Below are positions 19,800-32,600 of a DNA stretch of 64,000 bases, piece after piece. Origin of the DNA: a virus; the IMG/VR virus record IMGVR_UViG_3300042923_000524, positions 64,001 through 128,000 of that record; one strand, 5' to 3'. The notes beneath the pieces were generated by a model. It did no database searches. It was not told the origin of the DNA and saw only the letters and a list, made by a program, of their open reading frames with translations. A program made the translations under genes and the position numbers. Position 1 is the first letter of the stretch, and every line of letters starts with the position of its first letter.

Positions 19800-21600
19800 G
19801 TCAATAACAAATATAAAAGTGTACTTAAAAAATATGGTTTTAAATATAGTGAATTTAAAGTGATTTTAAGACATTGAGATGATAAGGGGTGTTTTGGTAT
19901 TGGGAATGGGTAAAGTTTTGTTATAGATTAAATTGGAATTCGGAGAGGGGATTTGGAAGATATATCTTTGGTAGGATTTATTATTAGTTTTGATTATGTA
20001 AGAAATATATGCATAGTGGAGTGCATGATAGATACATATGCATTGTAGACTGCATAATTAAAGAAGGTATTAAGTCAATTATATTTAGTTTTAAGACATT
20101 ATTTATTTTAGTGGTGTATTTATATTATGTGAGTGGGAAGTTTTATTAGGGATTATTATATTAATTGGAGAAGGGATATCGTAATGGGAGAATTGGGTGG
20201 GAATTTGGTTATCGGTTTGTTGGGTGGTATGGTTTGGATTATTTGGGTTAAGTGTTGGAATTGCTCTGTTTGATGTTTTGGTATTGGGTTTGTTTACAGA
20301 ATGTAGTCGGATTTATTGTGTAATTTCAATGGGTATAGGGTATTGTGGGTATTTTTTAATATTATTATTGTAAATACATGCCCCATTATTGGTAGAGATT
20401 GTAAGTTGTAGACGATAGTTTTGTCGATGTGGGATGGGTGGATTTTTGATTTTGTTTTGTAAAATTATACATTCGATTTCGTATTTTAGGTTGGGTGTGT
20501 TTGTTGATGTACTCATGTCCCCATCTGCTAAATGATAATTATTATTAATGTAAACTATGCCCTACCTTATGAAGCTGCTTTATTGACCAATAGCAATAAA
20601 TACCTTTCAACCATTGATATTACTATGTTTAAAGGTATTTATTACATTGTAAAAACATATCCTATAATGATTATTATGTTGTATGTTATGCATTATGTAA
20701 GCTAATAAAGGGAATAATAGTACTATAGAAGGTTGTTTTACTCTGGTTTATTGGATGCTCTGAATGGTTACATATAATTGCAGAATATTGCATAGTTATA
20801 ATGTAAAGTTCGCTTTACATAACAGCGGTTGTTACGTTGAAGTATTAGGTTAGTTACTTAACTAATTAACCACTGTATTAATACAATAATACAATATCAA
20901 ATACATGCAAAATAATTTGCACTATAGCAAATATATTTGCACTATAATTATATCATTACAATTAATCATCTATTGTCAACTAACTAAAACTACAAGTTAA
21001 CAATTAAATCACTAACCTAATAATCTAATAGTATTGTTAACTACAATCAAACAAAAGGTTAACAATCAATCATACAATAACCAATACAACCATATACATT
21101 AACCATAACTATATTATACATTAATTAATACTACTACACATAGTAATCAATACTACATAATTGTATATAAATTACAAAACAATTCAAACTGCATCAAATA
21201 CAACCTAATACATTATATCACATATTAAACTAATACAATATCATACAGTACCTATAAACATACTATGCTACACACTAATATTACATATCCTTTATACATC
21301 CACTGCATAACCAATCATACAATAACTAATATAAAACTCCACTCCATCCAATACCCTTCAAACGCTCCAAAATGCCTTTAAACGAATTAAACCCTTTTAG
21401 CATACACTAACACTATTCTCCAAAAACAATAGCTTTCCTTATATTGCAATGCTTACAACATATACCATCATAAACCAGTAATAAGCTAATAAAATGCATA
21501 AAATAAATACATAAACTAATACCATTATTAAAACTCTATTATATAATATATAAAAAATATATTTACAAATACTAATATAAAACTATTGCAAATTAAAATA
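19800..21600. other. Long non-coding region with a G/T-rich to C/A-rich strand-skew switch (candidate origin or genome-end/packaging region)
   Basis: No credible ORF. The + strand is G/T-rich at 19.9-20.5 kb and C/A-rich at 20.9-21.6 kb, with hairpins at 20801-20950. Confidence 0.5.
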
Positions 21601-21640
21601 ATAACTATATAATAGTATATAGAATCAATTATATAAGGAG

Positions 21641-22132
21641 TTGTTAACCATGACATATGAAGTCACCAGAAAACAAACAAACAATAATAAAACCTTTACA
21701 AATATAATTAATCAAGACCAACTAAACAACATAATCAAATATCCTTCAAGCCTTTACACAATAGAATCAATATCACCAATAGAAGAGAACAAAACAACCG
21801 AACATGAAACAATAGAGCCTGAAGAAATAAAAAAGAATGATGCACGTTTAACTGAACAACAAAAAGCAGTTAAGCAACTAATAAAAGACTTGAATCTTAA
21901 ATATGATACCGTAATAAATACAACAACAAATATATACATCAATAAAAATAGAAAAATAAAAAACATACAAGACATACTATATTACGCTCTACAATATAAA
22001 ATAATCAGTATAGGCGAATATAGTAAAATAGGTGATTACATCTCAGTATTTAGAAACGGAATACAAGGATTAGAACATATAAAAAGTAATGGGAAAATAA
22101 AAATAGAAATGTATAGAGAAGATGCTAAATAG
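21641..22132 (+). CDS. Hypothetical protein, first gene of the + strand early region
   Basis: 163 aa; TTGCAA..TATAAT promoter upstream, terminator at its end. Confidence 0.6.
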   Translation: MLTMTYEVTRKQTNNNKTFTNIINQDQLNNIIKYPSSLYTIESISPIEENKTTEHETIEPEEIKKNDARLTEQQKAVKQLIKDLNLKYDTVINTTTNIYINKNRKIKNIQDILYYALQYKIISIGEYSKIGDYISVFRNGIQGLEHIKSNGKIKIEMYREDAK

Positions 22133-22767
22133 GCATCTTTTTCTCTTTGTATATCAAAATAGACATATTGACAATATACAAAACCATGATAATATTAATA
22201 TAAGACATAATAAAATCAATATAAAATTATAGAAGGGAGGAAATAATACTAATATGAAATACGAATATAAAATCGAGTTTGAATCTCATAATGATAATAT
22301 CATTGAAATAATACATAAAATTAATGATATATTATCATCCAAATTAATAAACCAAATTACAAATATAAAACAGACATTTACAATATTAGATGATATTAAG
22401 GAAAATAAATAATCAATAGTAGTCTGCCGACGGCTTGACATTGGTCTGCTAAAGCATCCCAAGTCAAAATAATATTATTATCCTTTTACTTTATTATTTT
22501 AAACCTAATTTAAACCTAACAAACCAAACTAATATAAGGAGTTGATTATTATATAAACCTTAACTAATAACATATATAAAATTGTACTAGAATGTAAGAT
22601 AAGAGTTTAAACATCCTAAAAACCGACTTTAAACCTACTCTAACAACTCATTTCAGCTTTTGAATAGGTATGCTGTATCATACCTTTAGGTTCGCTGTAG
22701 CATACCTATTGAGTAAAATTGACCTATAAAACACATAAAAACACTAATAATTAAGGAGGAAATAACA

Positions 22768-23358
22768 ATAAAAAACAAAGAAAGTAAAACTAATAATAAA
22801 CAATCTCCACTATATGAAATAGAAGATATAAAAGACGATGAGATTATCAAAGTATTAATAAATCCAGAGTCAGGAGAAATTGAAGGTTATATCCGTAATG
22901 GAGATAGAATAATAAGAAGTGGCTCAATTAATGCATTCAATAAACACAATGCTAATTATGAGGATAAAGATGACAGACATTTTACAAAGAATTATCATTC
23001 AGAGCTACAAAGAATTACTAAATTGAGACTCAATAAAAAACTATCAATGGCAGCAGAACTATTATTCAGAACTTTAGGAGATTATTTAGACTTCTCTGGA
23101 GATAATATAATAAAAAACAACTCTGAAGCAATGGGAACAAAGACAATAGGAGAAAATATTTTAGGTTATGGAAAAAGCCAGACAATAGCATTATTAAATG
23201 AACTAATAAATTTAAGTCTTATTGCAAAGGTTAAAAGAGGCAGAAACGTTATATACATAATGAATCCTATTTACTATCATAGAGGAAAAATATTAAAAAC
23301 AACTATTACAATATTCAAAATTAAGACAGATAATATTGATTGGGATATAATAGAGTAA
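22768..23358 (+). CDS. RepL-like / wHTH replication protein
   Basis: Open frame from an ATA 7 nt after AAGGAGGA: ...LINPESGEIEGYIRNGDRII...; C-terminal LIAKVKRGRNVIYIMNPIYYHRG. The ORF track starts 85 codons later. Confidence 0.55.
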   Translation: MKNKESKTNNKQSPLYEIEDIKDDEIIKVLINPESGEIEGYIRNGDRIIRSGSINAFNKHNANYEDKDDRHFTKNYHSELQRITKLRLNKKLSMAAELLFRTLGDYLDFSGDNIIKNNSEAMGTKTIGENILGYGKSQTIALLNELINLSLIAKVKRGRNVIYIMNPIYYHRGKILKTTITIFKIKTDNIDWDIIE

Positions 23359-23656
23359 ATACATAATTTAATATTTTCATCTAAAAGGCTCATAAAACAG
23401 CCTTTTTATTTTGCTTTAAACCGCCTAAAATCCATCCCTTAATAACCAAACTCCAAACACCACAAAACACGCTTAAAATCAATCCTAGTAGCTTACAAGG
23501 GCATATGTGATAAAAGATATAAAATTATAGTTAATAATCAGTATATAAACGACTACTAAAAATAAATATAAAATTATTGAACAAAACTATTGTAATTACA
23601 TATAATATAGTATAAAATAAGAGATAATAAATATAAAATTTGAGGAAGTGTTATAA

Positions 23657-26600
23657 ATGGAAGAAACAAAATTTGAAACCGCTTTAAAAATCTGGATGGT
23701 AGAAAATGGATATATAAACAAAGGCTGGAGATTTAGCATAGAAAGTAAATCAGCAATAGGAAATTCTGATTTAGCTGAAGTGATATGCAAAGCATATGAA
23801 CCAAGAAAAAGAAAACCTTTTTATATTACATTTAAATACAACTTTGTAAGGGAACAAATAAAAACAGATACGATTCAAGTTAATTAGAGGCAATATGCCT
23901 CTTTTTATTTCTCTTAATTCCTACTAAAACACTAAGATATAAATTATATCAATTAAATATATTACATATAAAAACTAAACAATTCAAACAATATACAAAA
24001 ACACCTACAATTCAAATAAATAAATAATCCTGCCAAAATAATCATAAACACCATAAAATAAAACCAGCCTATAAAATTGTATAATTTGTACCATAAAAAC
24101 ACTATGTATAAATCTGTATATTTATACACAGAAACAACCCAAATCCTGCATAAATATCCAGCCTTTTAAATGCGTTTTAAGACATTATTTTTATATTAGT
24201 CATACACTAATACCACCAACTTTTTATGCATCACAACCCATTGCAATTACTACATTATACATTGACTGCATACGATTATTTACATCAAAATTTCCACAAA
24301 ATCGTAAAAATATCCTAAATACTGTAAATTTTAGGGTATACCCTCATAGGGTAGTAGGGTAAAATGTGCATATCATATGCATATTAATTTTATATATGTT
24401 TTTATATAATAGCCATCTAAATTGTATAAATTGTGAAAAATGTTTTAAAAACTCACACAATTTGATCCCATTTGGTGAACTTGGGACTTAGTATTTTTAT
24501 TGATAGAAACATATAATAATAGATATAAAATTAATGTTTGACAATAAGAATATATCTATGTTAATATTAATATAATAAATCAAATATATTAATAAGGAGT
24601 TGTTACAATATGGTAAAGGAATTAATAAACTTTTTAAAAGAATCAAACTTTAACTACTTAGAAATAAAACTAAATGAAGATACCACGAGAACAATAGACA
24701 TAAAAACAAATTCAGAAACAACAATTAAAAAACACTTAAAAGAATATATAAATAAAAATTATAAGATAGAAAAGAAAACAATAAAAAGAGGTTTTTAACC
24801 TCTTTTTATTTTATCATAAATATATTGTTATATATTTAAATACACATATAAAATTAATTGTTGACATACATATAATAAAGGATTATACTATATAATATAA
24901 TAAGTAATAAATCATAAGGAGTTGAATACTGTGACTAAATCTAAAACACCTACATACACAAAGAATGCTTTAAAAATATCAGAGTTAGCAATAAATTTAA
25001 CTTCAATTGCTGAAGACGATAAAAAGCAAATTAATGAATATACTTTACAAGAAGTATTAAATGAAGCAAAATATATATTAAGTTGCTACAATGAATCAGG
25101 ACATATGTTAAATGAAGATTTAGATTCAGACGATATTGAAACAAGAAAACAGGCACAAAAACAAGTTAACCAGTTAAAAAAATATATCATCAAATATAAT
25201 AAATAGGAGATGTATTAAATGAAAAAAATAGAATATGAAGCGTTAGGATGGACTAAGAAAGGTATTGTTTATAGAAAAGGTAATATTAAAGTAAGGCATG
25301 CAGCAAAATTAAACGAAGCAAACGGAAAAAGAACCGATTATATAAAAGTAGAAATTGACGGAAAATTGATAGATAATAATTATAAAACATTAAACGAAGC
25401 ATTACAGAAATTATAAGAGCTTGAAAAATAGCTCTTTTTCTTTTCTCAATCTTTCAACCAATTCTGTAATTTGAGGACATTTAAAATTTTAGAAATATAT
25501 CATAATGAATATAAAATTATATATTGACATATAATTATAATGGGTTTATAATTAAAGAAAATACAAATTAATTGGAGGTTTTAAACATGACTAAAAAAGA
25601 ATTATATATGAATAGAATCAATCATGCAATAATTACAAAGTATGACATTGAATTAGTTATTTTTACTGAAGGTCAAAGACATCCAGACTGTTATTACAAA
25701 GATATAGAAACTAATAGATGTTATGAAGAAACAGGAACAAAGAATTTAAAAAGTCAATTTGAGATTGTAAAAAGAAGAATCAAAAATGCTGATTTTGAAA
25801 ATACAATGAAAACTTGTCAAATACCTGAAGCCGAATAAAAATAAAAGGAGAAAATAATGGATTGGATTTTATCAATAGTATCTATGGTAATGCTTTGGAT
25901 GATGGGCAATAAAAATAAGTATGCTCCATTTATAGGGATAATTGCACAAGTGCTATGGATATATTATGCAATATCATTAAAACAATATGGATTATTAGTT
26001 GGAACTATTGGATATTTAGTTATACATATTAGAAATGCTGTAAAATGGCAAAAGAATTAATTTGACCATAAAATAACAATTTCAAAGACTATTATAAAGC
26101 CTTTTGGATGCCCTCCAGAGGCTTTAATTTTATCTATGAATAAACATAATAGCATTATAGCAGTATTATATATTATAATATCTGGATGCCTTAAAAACGA
26201 TTTAAAAGCCTTGAAATTGTAGTAAAGTTATATTTATTGAGATGGCAGCAACGTATATTTTAATAATTTTAAATTAAATAATGAATATAAAATTTAGTTA
26301 TTGACTATAATAATATTGATATGATATAATTAAATTAATACATATTAAAAAGGAGTGATTACCATGACAAGTAAAGATATAAAAGAAATAGTAGAAGTAT
26401 GGAAGGCTCAACCAATAGAAAGATTTAGAGATAATGTAGAAAGTTATACAAGAGCAATAAAAAGACATGAAAACGAGATACAAGAAATATTATTAAAAAT
26501 GCAACAATTAGATGTTAATCATAAATATTATATTGATAAAATGAAGAATATGAATAGTGACATTAAAACAGCATTAGGATTTTTAAAAGAAGACAAAGCA

Positions 26601-29600
26601 CTTGTTGAAGCATCGCAACCAGAGCTTGAAAAAGCAGAAAATGAAATAAAAATACTTGAAGAGTCAAAGAAACCTCAATTTGAAGTATTAAAAAACTTTG
26701 TAGAGCAATGGAAAACTGAAGCTATAAATTATTATTTAGAACTTCTTAAAAATGGCTATGATGGCAAAGACGATTATATAATAGACTTATTACAAAGAGG
26801 AGAAAAATATATAATAAATCTTTACACAATAGAAGCTAAAGCAAGGCTAGTAAATATGATAACATTGATAAAAGAAAAGACTGGCGAAGTAATATCTTGT
26901 AATTTATACGGAAGTGGAAACAATCAAAAGTTTGGTTTTGAGGGAACAGTAACAGGAGAAAAGAAAACAGTAAGAGTCGAAGCAATTTTAGCAGGTGGAT
27001 GGAATATTCAAAAACTACATGTAAGACTATTAATAAATTAAAGAGTTAGAAATAACTCTTTTTTCTTTTAATAAGAATGAATATAAAAATTATATTTGAC
27101 AATACTATTGTTAGCGTGTTAAAATGAGTTATAATCTAAATTTAAGGAGTGAGTATTTTATGAGTATGTATATAATAGAAGTTAACGAAGACGGCGAAAA
27201 TATGCAATATGAGTATGGCAGCAAGGCACATGCTGAAGAGCATTATAATTTTGAAGCACATTGTACAATGTATGAATATATAGATGGTAAACATTATTAC
27301 ATGAAATCTAAGTAAATATGATTATAAAATAGGCTGAATAAAGCCTATTTTTTTTATGTATTGACTTCCTATAAACTCATGTTACAATTAAAGAGAATAC
27401 ATAACACATATAAAATTAATAAAGGAGGAAACGAATTATTGAATGTATTATCATTATTTGATGGAGGCTCATGCGGTCAAGTAGCATTACAGAGGGCAAA
27501 TATAAAAGTAGAAAAATATTATGCTAGTGAAATAAATCCAAATAGCGTAAAAGTAACACAAAAGAATTACCCTAATACAATACAGCTTGGAGATGTAACA
27601 CAACTAAACAAAGAAAAATTATTAAATTTAGGTAAAATTGATTTATTAATTGGTGGTAGTCCCTGCGAAGATTTAACAATAACCGCAATTGATAGAAAAG
27701 ATATTAACAAAGGTTTAGAAGGTAAAAAGTCAAAGTTGTTTTATAATTATGTGGATGCTCTTAATATTATTAAACCTAAATACTTTTTACTTGAAAATGT
27801 TGCAAGTATGACAAAAGAAAATATAGATATAATATCTAGTGAATTAGGAGTAAAACCAATATTAATAAATAGTAATTTAGTATCGGCTCAGGATAGGGAA
27901 AGACTTTACTGGACTAATATTACAGGTATTGCACAGCCAAAAAATAAAGAAATTTTATTAAAACACGTCTTGCAGCGAGATGTAGAAGAAAAATTTTACT
28001 ACAATAAACCCTTTGAATTTTATGGATTAGATAAAAAAGTATGTGCGAAATTGTTAGTAAATTCTCATGATTTAGTTAAAAGAGTTTATAATCCAGATTT
28101 TAAATGTGCAACATTAACAGCTGTACAAGGTGGATATCAAGAGAAAAAAGTTTATATAAATAGTAGAGTTAGAAAATTAACACCAATAGAATATGAAAGA
28201 CTTCAGACTTTACCAGATAATTATACATATGGAGTTAGCAATACAGCACGCTATAGTATTTGTGGAGATGGTTGGACAGTTGATATAATAGCACATATTT
28301 TTAAAAATATATAATGACTTATATAAAATTATCAATAGTTATTGACATATAAAACGTTGTAGTATAATATAATATATAAGATACTACATAAAAAAGGAGT
28401 GAAGTCATGAAGATATATTATACATTAAACTCCGAAGAACTTGGAGAAGAAGCAAAGAAAGAAACATTAATAAATATTTATAATGAATGGCTGAGATATA
28501 AGAAAGATGATAAAGAAACGGGAGACAAGAAGACATATTATTTTATTAAACATGAAATAGAAAACAATGTTGATAATACAACAGAAGGAAAAGTTTATAA
28601 AAGAGGTAATCAAATTTATTTTAAATCAATATAATATTAAGGAGTTGTTATAATTGGCTATTATGACAGATAAAGAATTACAAAATATAGCAAGTGATTT
28701 ATTTCGTAAATATTGGAATATGGATTTAACTATTTCTGTTTCGGTTAATCCTAAAATGTATAAATGGTCTGCAAGATGTTACCCTATGACAGTTGGGAAA
28801 CATTAATAAATAGAGGATATAAGAAAAGAATTTAGCAGTTTATTAATTGCAGCCGAAAGGCTGTTTTTAATTTCACGACAAAACACTTCTTTCATGGTCA
28901 TTACTGGAGCAGATTATTTTTAAAAATCATGTATCAACTTTAAACTAAAAGCATATAATAAATTAACCAAATACAAATATAAAACTTTTAAAATATTTGT
29001 TGACAGAAATTTCTAGCATATGTTATAATGAATTATCGAATAAATTATAGAAGGTGAAATCATGAAACAATATAGAACATCATATAAAAAAGTTAATGAC
29101 TTATGCAACTTATTAGAGTATAGACTTGTAAAACATGAATGGTTAGGGAAAACAGATTATTTTTATAATTACTCTCTTGTAAAAGATGAAAACGGACGTT
29201 ATAAAGAAACAATTCTAAAAACAACTAGCTTGAAAAATGTTTATGAATGGTTATTAGAAAATGGAATCAATTATAATAATGGCATAAAATATTAAATCTC
29301 GACTATGCGAGTATAAACAGACTTTAAGCATAGAGCGTTAACAGGTTTAACAGCCTGTTAGGTAGTAATAAATAATAAATTAATAGGAGTGATTTATCAA
29401 TGCCAAGTAAAACAGTAAGAGAAACGGAATATAATAAAACAATCCAATATAAAGACGGACAAATGACATATTGTATCAACTATAGAAAAGAATTTCATAA
29501 ATCATTTATAAATGGTTTTAGATGGGTAGAATGTTAATTCAATAAAATCCAAATTTGGTCATCATGTAAAAATTTAGGAGGTGCGTATAATGTGTAGAAT

Positions 29601-32600
29601 CTGTGGAGCAGAAACAAAAGAAACTATTTGTAAAGAGTGTCAAAAAGAATTAATCAAAGAAAACTATAACAAAACTTTTATTAAAATATCAAAATAAAAA
29701 TATAAAATTATAGGAGAGTGTAAAAATGAGCAATTACAATTTAAATAGCAAACAAGTAGCCTTAATTATACAATCCCTTTTAAATGATGCCTGTTTTTAT
29801 GAATGTGATAATAAAGAATATGAAAAGACAGTTAAAAAAGAAGGGCACGAACTAATTAACTTTTTATTAGAACAACACAATAAACAAGAATCAGAAACAT
29901 TAAAACACTATAATAATTATGTTGAAGGAGTGAATTAAAAATGAAAGATTTATTTGAAAAATTAGAATATGCAAAAAAGGCGGTATTAAGAACATTAGAA
30001 AAAGAAAGTTGTTCAGTTGATTTTCATGGTTTATCATATTGGGCAAATGAAGTAGAGCGTTTACGCAATGAAATTAAAAAGATATTATAATATTAAGAGA
30101 AGCCTGTAAAAAGGCTTTTTCTTTTATCTAATATCCAGACCAAATAGATGTTTTATTGTCATATAATGTCGATAAGTTTTATAATAATTAATATAAAATT
30201 GAGCAAAATAATGTTGACAGATTAAAAACACGTATGTTATAATTAGTTATACCAATTAATTAGAAATTCAATAATAACAAATAACAAATAACAAATATAA
30301 AATATAAGGAGTGGAAATTATGAAAAAAACATTATATTTTGAAGGTGCAGGATGGTCGGGAGCAGATATAAGCCAAAGAACAATAGGAAATTGCAGAATA
30401 AGAACAGGATTCACAAACAACGAAGGAAGAAAAATCTATTTAGAAATTACTGGTTATGAAAAATCAGCCAATGATAAAAAGATTGACAGATATTCAGAAT
30501 ATCAAGTTGGAGAAGCAATTGGATTTGTAGATTATTGTTTTTATATTGATACAGAATCAAAAGACCCTTGCAACGAATGCAGAATAAAAGACATAGAACA
30601 TAATGCAAAATTTGCTTATACAAAAGAAGGTATAACAGAGTTTATTAATAAAAATCTGAAGTGCAGCTTTGAAACTATCGAAGTATTGCCAGATTTAGGA
30701 GGTTACAGAGTACACGGAGATAACAAAACATATAGCATGATGGAAGACTACAATCATAATTCAGAACTAATTAAGACAAGAGAAGAAGTTTACAATCATT
30801 TTTACGGACTTGAAAAATCAGAAGGTAAACAATATCCAAACTTCTCTTTATGGGTAGATGATAAAGACATTCACTTATTACACTTGTTAAGACATTTTAA
30901 TGGTTATAATAAGCATTGGTCAATTCATACCGATATAGAAAACTGGAAAGAAACAATAACAGAAACCAAGTTGGGAAAATATGCCTGTTAGTTAATTATT
31001 TACTGTTAGAGTACACTATAACAAATATAAAACTATAGTGTACTCCATAGAGTAAATAAAACTCTAAAAAATATAATAACAGGAGCGTGTTTATATATGA
31101 TAAAAACATTTAAGAAAGAATTAAATAGCCACGATTACAATGAAATAAGAATAATTAATTTAGAATCTGGAGAATTTACACACTATTTTCAGGATAAAAA
31201 TATAGGCTTTATATTTTCAGATTATACAACAACAGTATTTGAAATGGGCTATAAATCAGTTAAAGAATGCATTAAAGAACTAAGAAGCCGAGGTTTATTA
31301 GGTCAAGAAGTTGATTACAAAGAACAAAAAGAATCTGAAAGAATCGGTTATATTAAATTAGGCGTAGAGCGCATTAAAAGAGCAGGAAGAGTAAATACAA
31401 ATGATTTTGAAGATGTAATAACAAAGCTATCAAAATATGGTATGGGATTCTGTGATGCTCAAAATGTAATAACAGAAACATATTTATATCAAGCATAGCA
31501 ACAGGTCACAGCCTGTATAAATAGTGCTTTAAGCTGTGAGCGTGTCAAGGTATAACAGCCTTGACGATAGCAAAATAAAGGTTTAGGAGGTCGTTAAACA
31601 TGAGTTATAATAAGGCTATGAAGCATTCAAACAATCATAGAAAAGATAAATACTATCAACCAGTTTTAGGTATGCCCTTTGAAGGTTTAAAAGAAGGAGA
31701 GCATATAGAAAGCTATCAAAGTATAGCAGAAAGAACAGCAGAATCATATCATGTTAAAGCTTTTAACGAAATAAATAATACATGGGAAAGAATGTCTAAG
31801 GATTTTTTAACAGAATCAGAAGCGATTGACGAAAGTTTTATATTTGACGAAAAGGGTTATAGAACTAGAATATATAGTGATAAAGATATGAGAGTTGCAG
31901 GATGGTAAAAACACTATAACAGCCGAGGTATTTTAAACCATGAAGTTTTAAAAAGTTACTATAACAGTCGACACAAAATAGTTGACGAAGTTTTCTTATA
32001 ACAGAAAGCACTTTTTACTTCATGGATTTTAACTATAACAGCAAGTTTAAAATGGTTGACCGACTTTTGTAAATAATATATAAAAGATTGGTATAAAAGT
32101 TACTAAGACTTGACACAATATAACTAAATACAAATATAAAATTTATTTTAAAAAAGCATTGACAAAACTTTTCTATGTATGGTAAAATAAGTATAACAGG
32201 TAAACGAAAAATAAATATATTGGAGGGTTTGAATATGGAATTAACTAAACAAGAAATACAATCAAGGATTGAGAAAATAAGCAAACTTAAAGAAACTGAA
32301 CAAGATATTCAAAAATTAAAAATCATCAATCAAGCAGTAAAAGATTTAAGTAGTTTATTATAAAAAGCCAATCAAAGACGTATTCAGTTGAAATTTAAAA
32401 TATGAAAGGTGGAAATAAAATGAATTATATTTTTGAAAGTATCAAAAGAGAATTAGGAGAAGATTCAATTGGTTGGAGAGAAATATCAAAATTATTAGAT
32501 GCTCAACCTAAAAAAGAAGAAGTTGGTTTTAAAACAGAATTTAAAGGTGAATGCTATATAATTCAAGATGCAACAGGAAACTTTGTTTATGGCGAATGTG

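Larger units (their letters stand above)
22119..30121 (+). terminator. Series of Rho-independent terminators closing single-gene early units
   Basis: GC-stem hairpins with T-tracts at about 22119, 23385, 23886, 24786, 25415, 27041, 27329 and 30098 (e.g. AAGAGC-TTGAAAAATA-GCTCTTTTT). Confidence 0.8.

Noticed and set aside
20313-20516. 67-aa minus-strand ORF in the skewed region
   Set aside because: Low-complexity product arising from the compositional skew; no RBS.
29505-29519. Self-targeting by spacer 4 (TTTATAAATGG match)
   Set aside because: Only 11 contiguous nt in very AT-rich DNA; compatible with chance.
31915-32041. Second CRISPR array
   Set aside because: The repeated unit is only 8-10 nt (TATAACAG); no full-length direct repeat.
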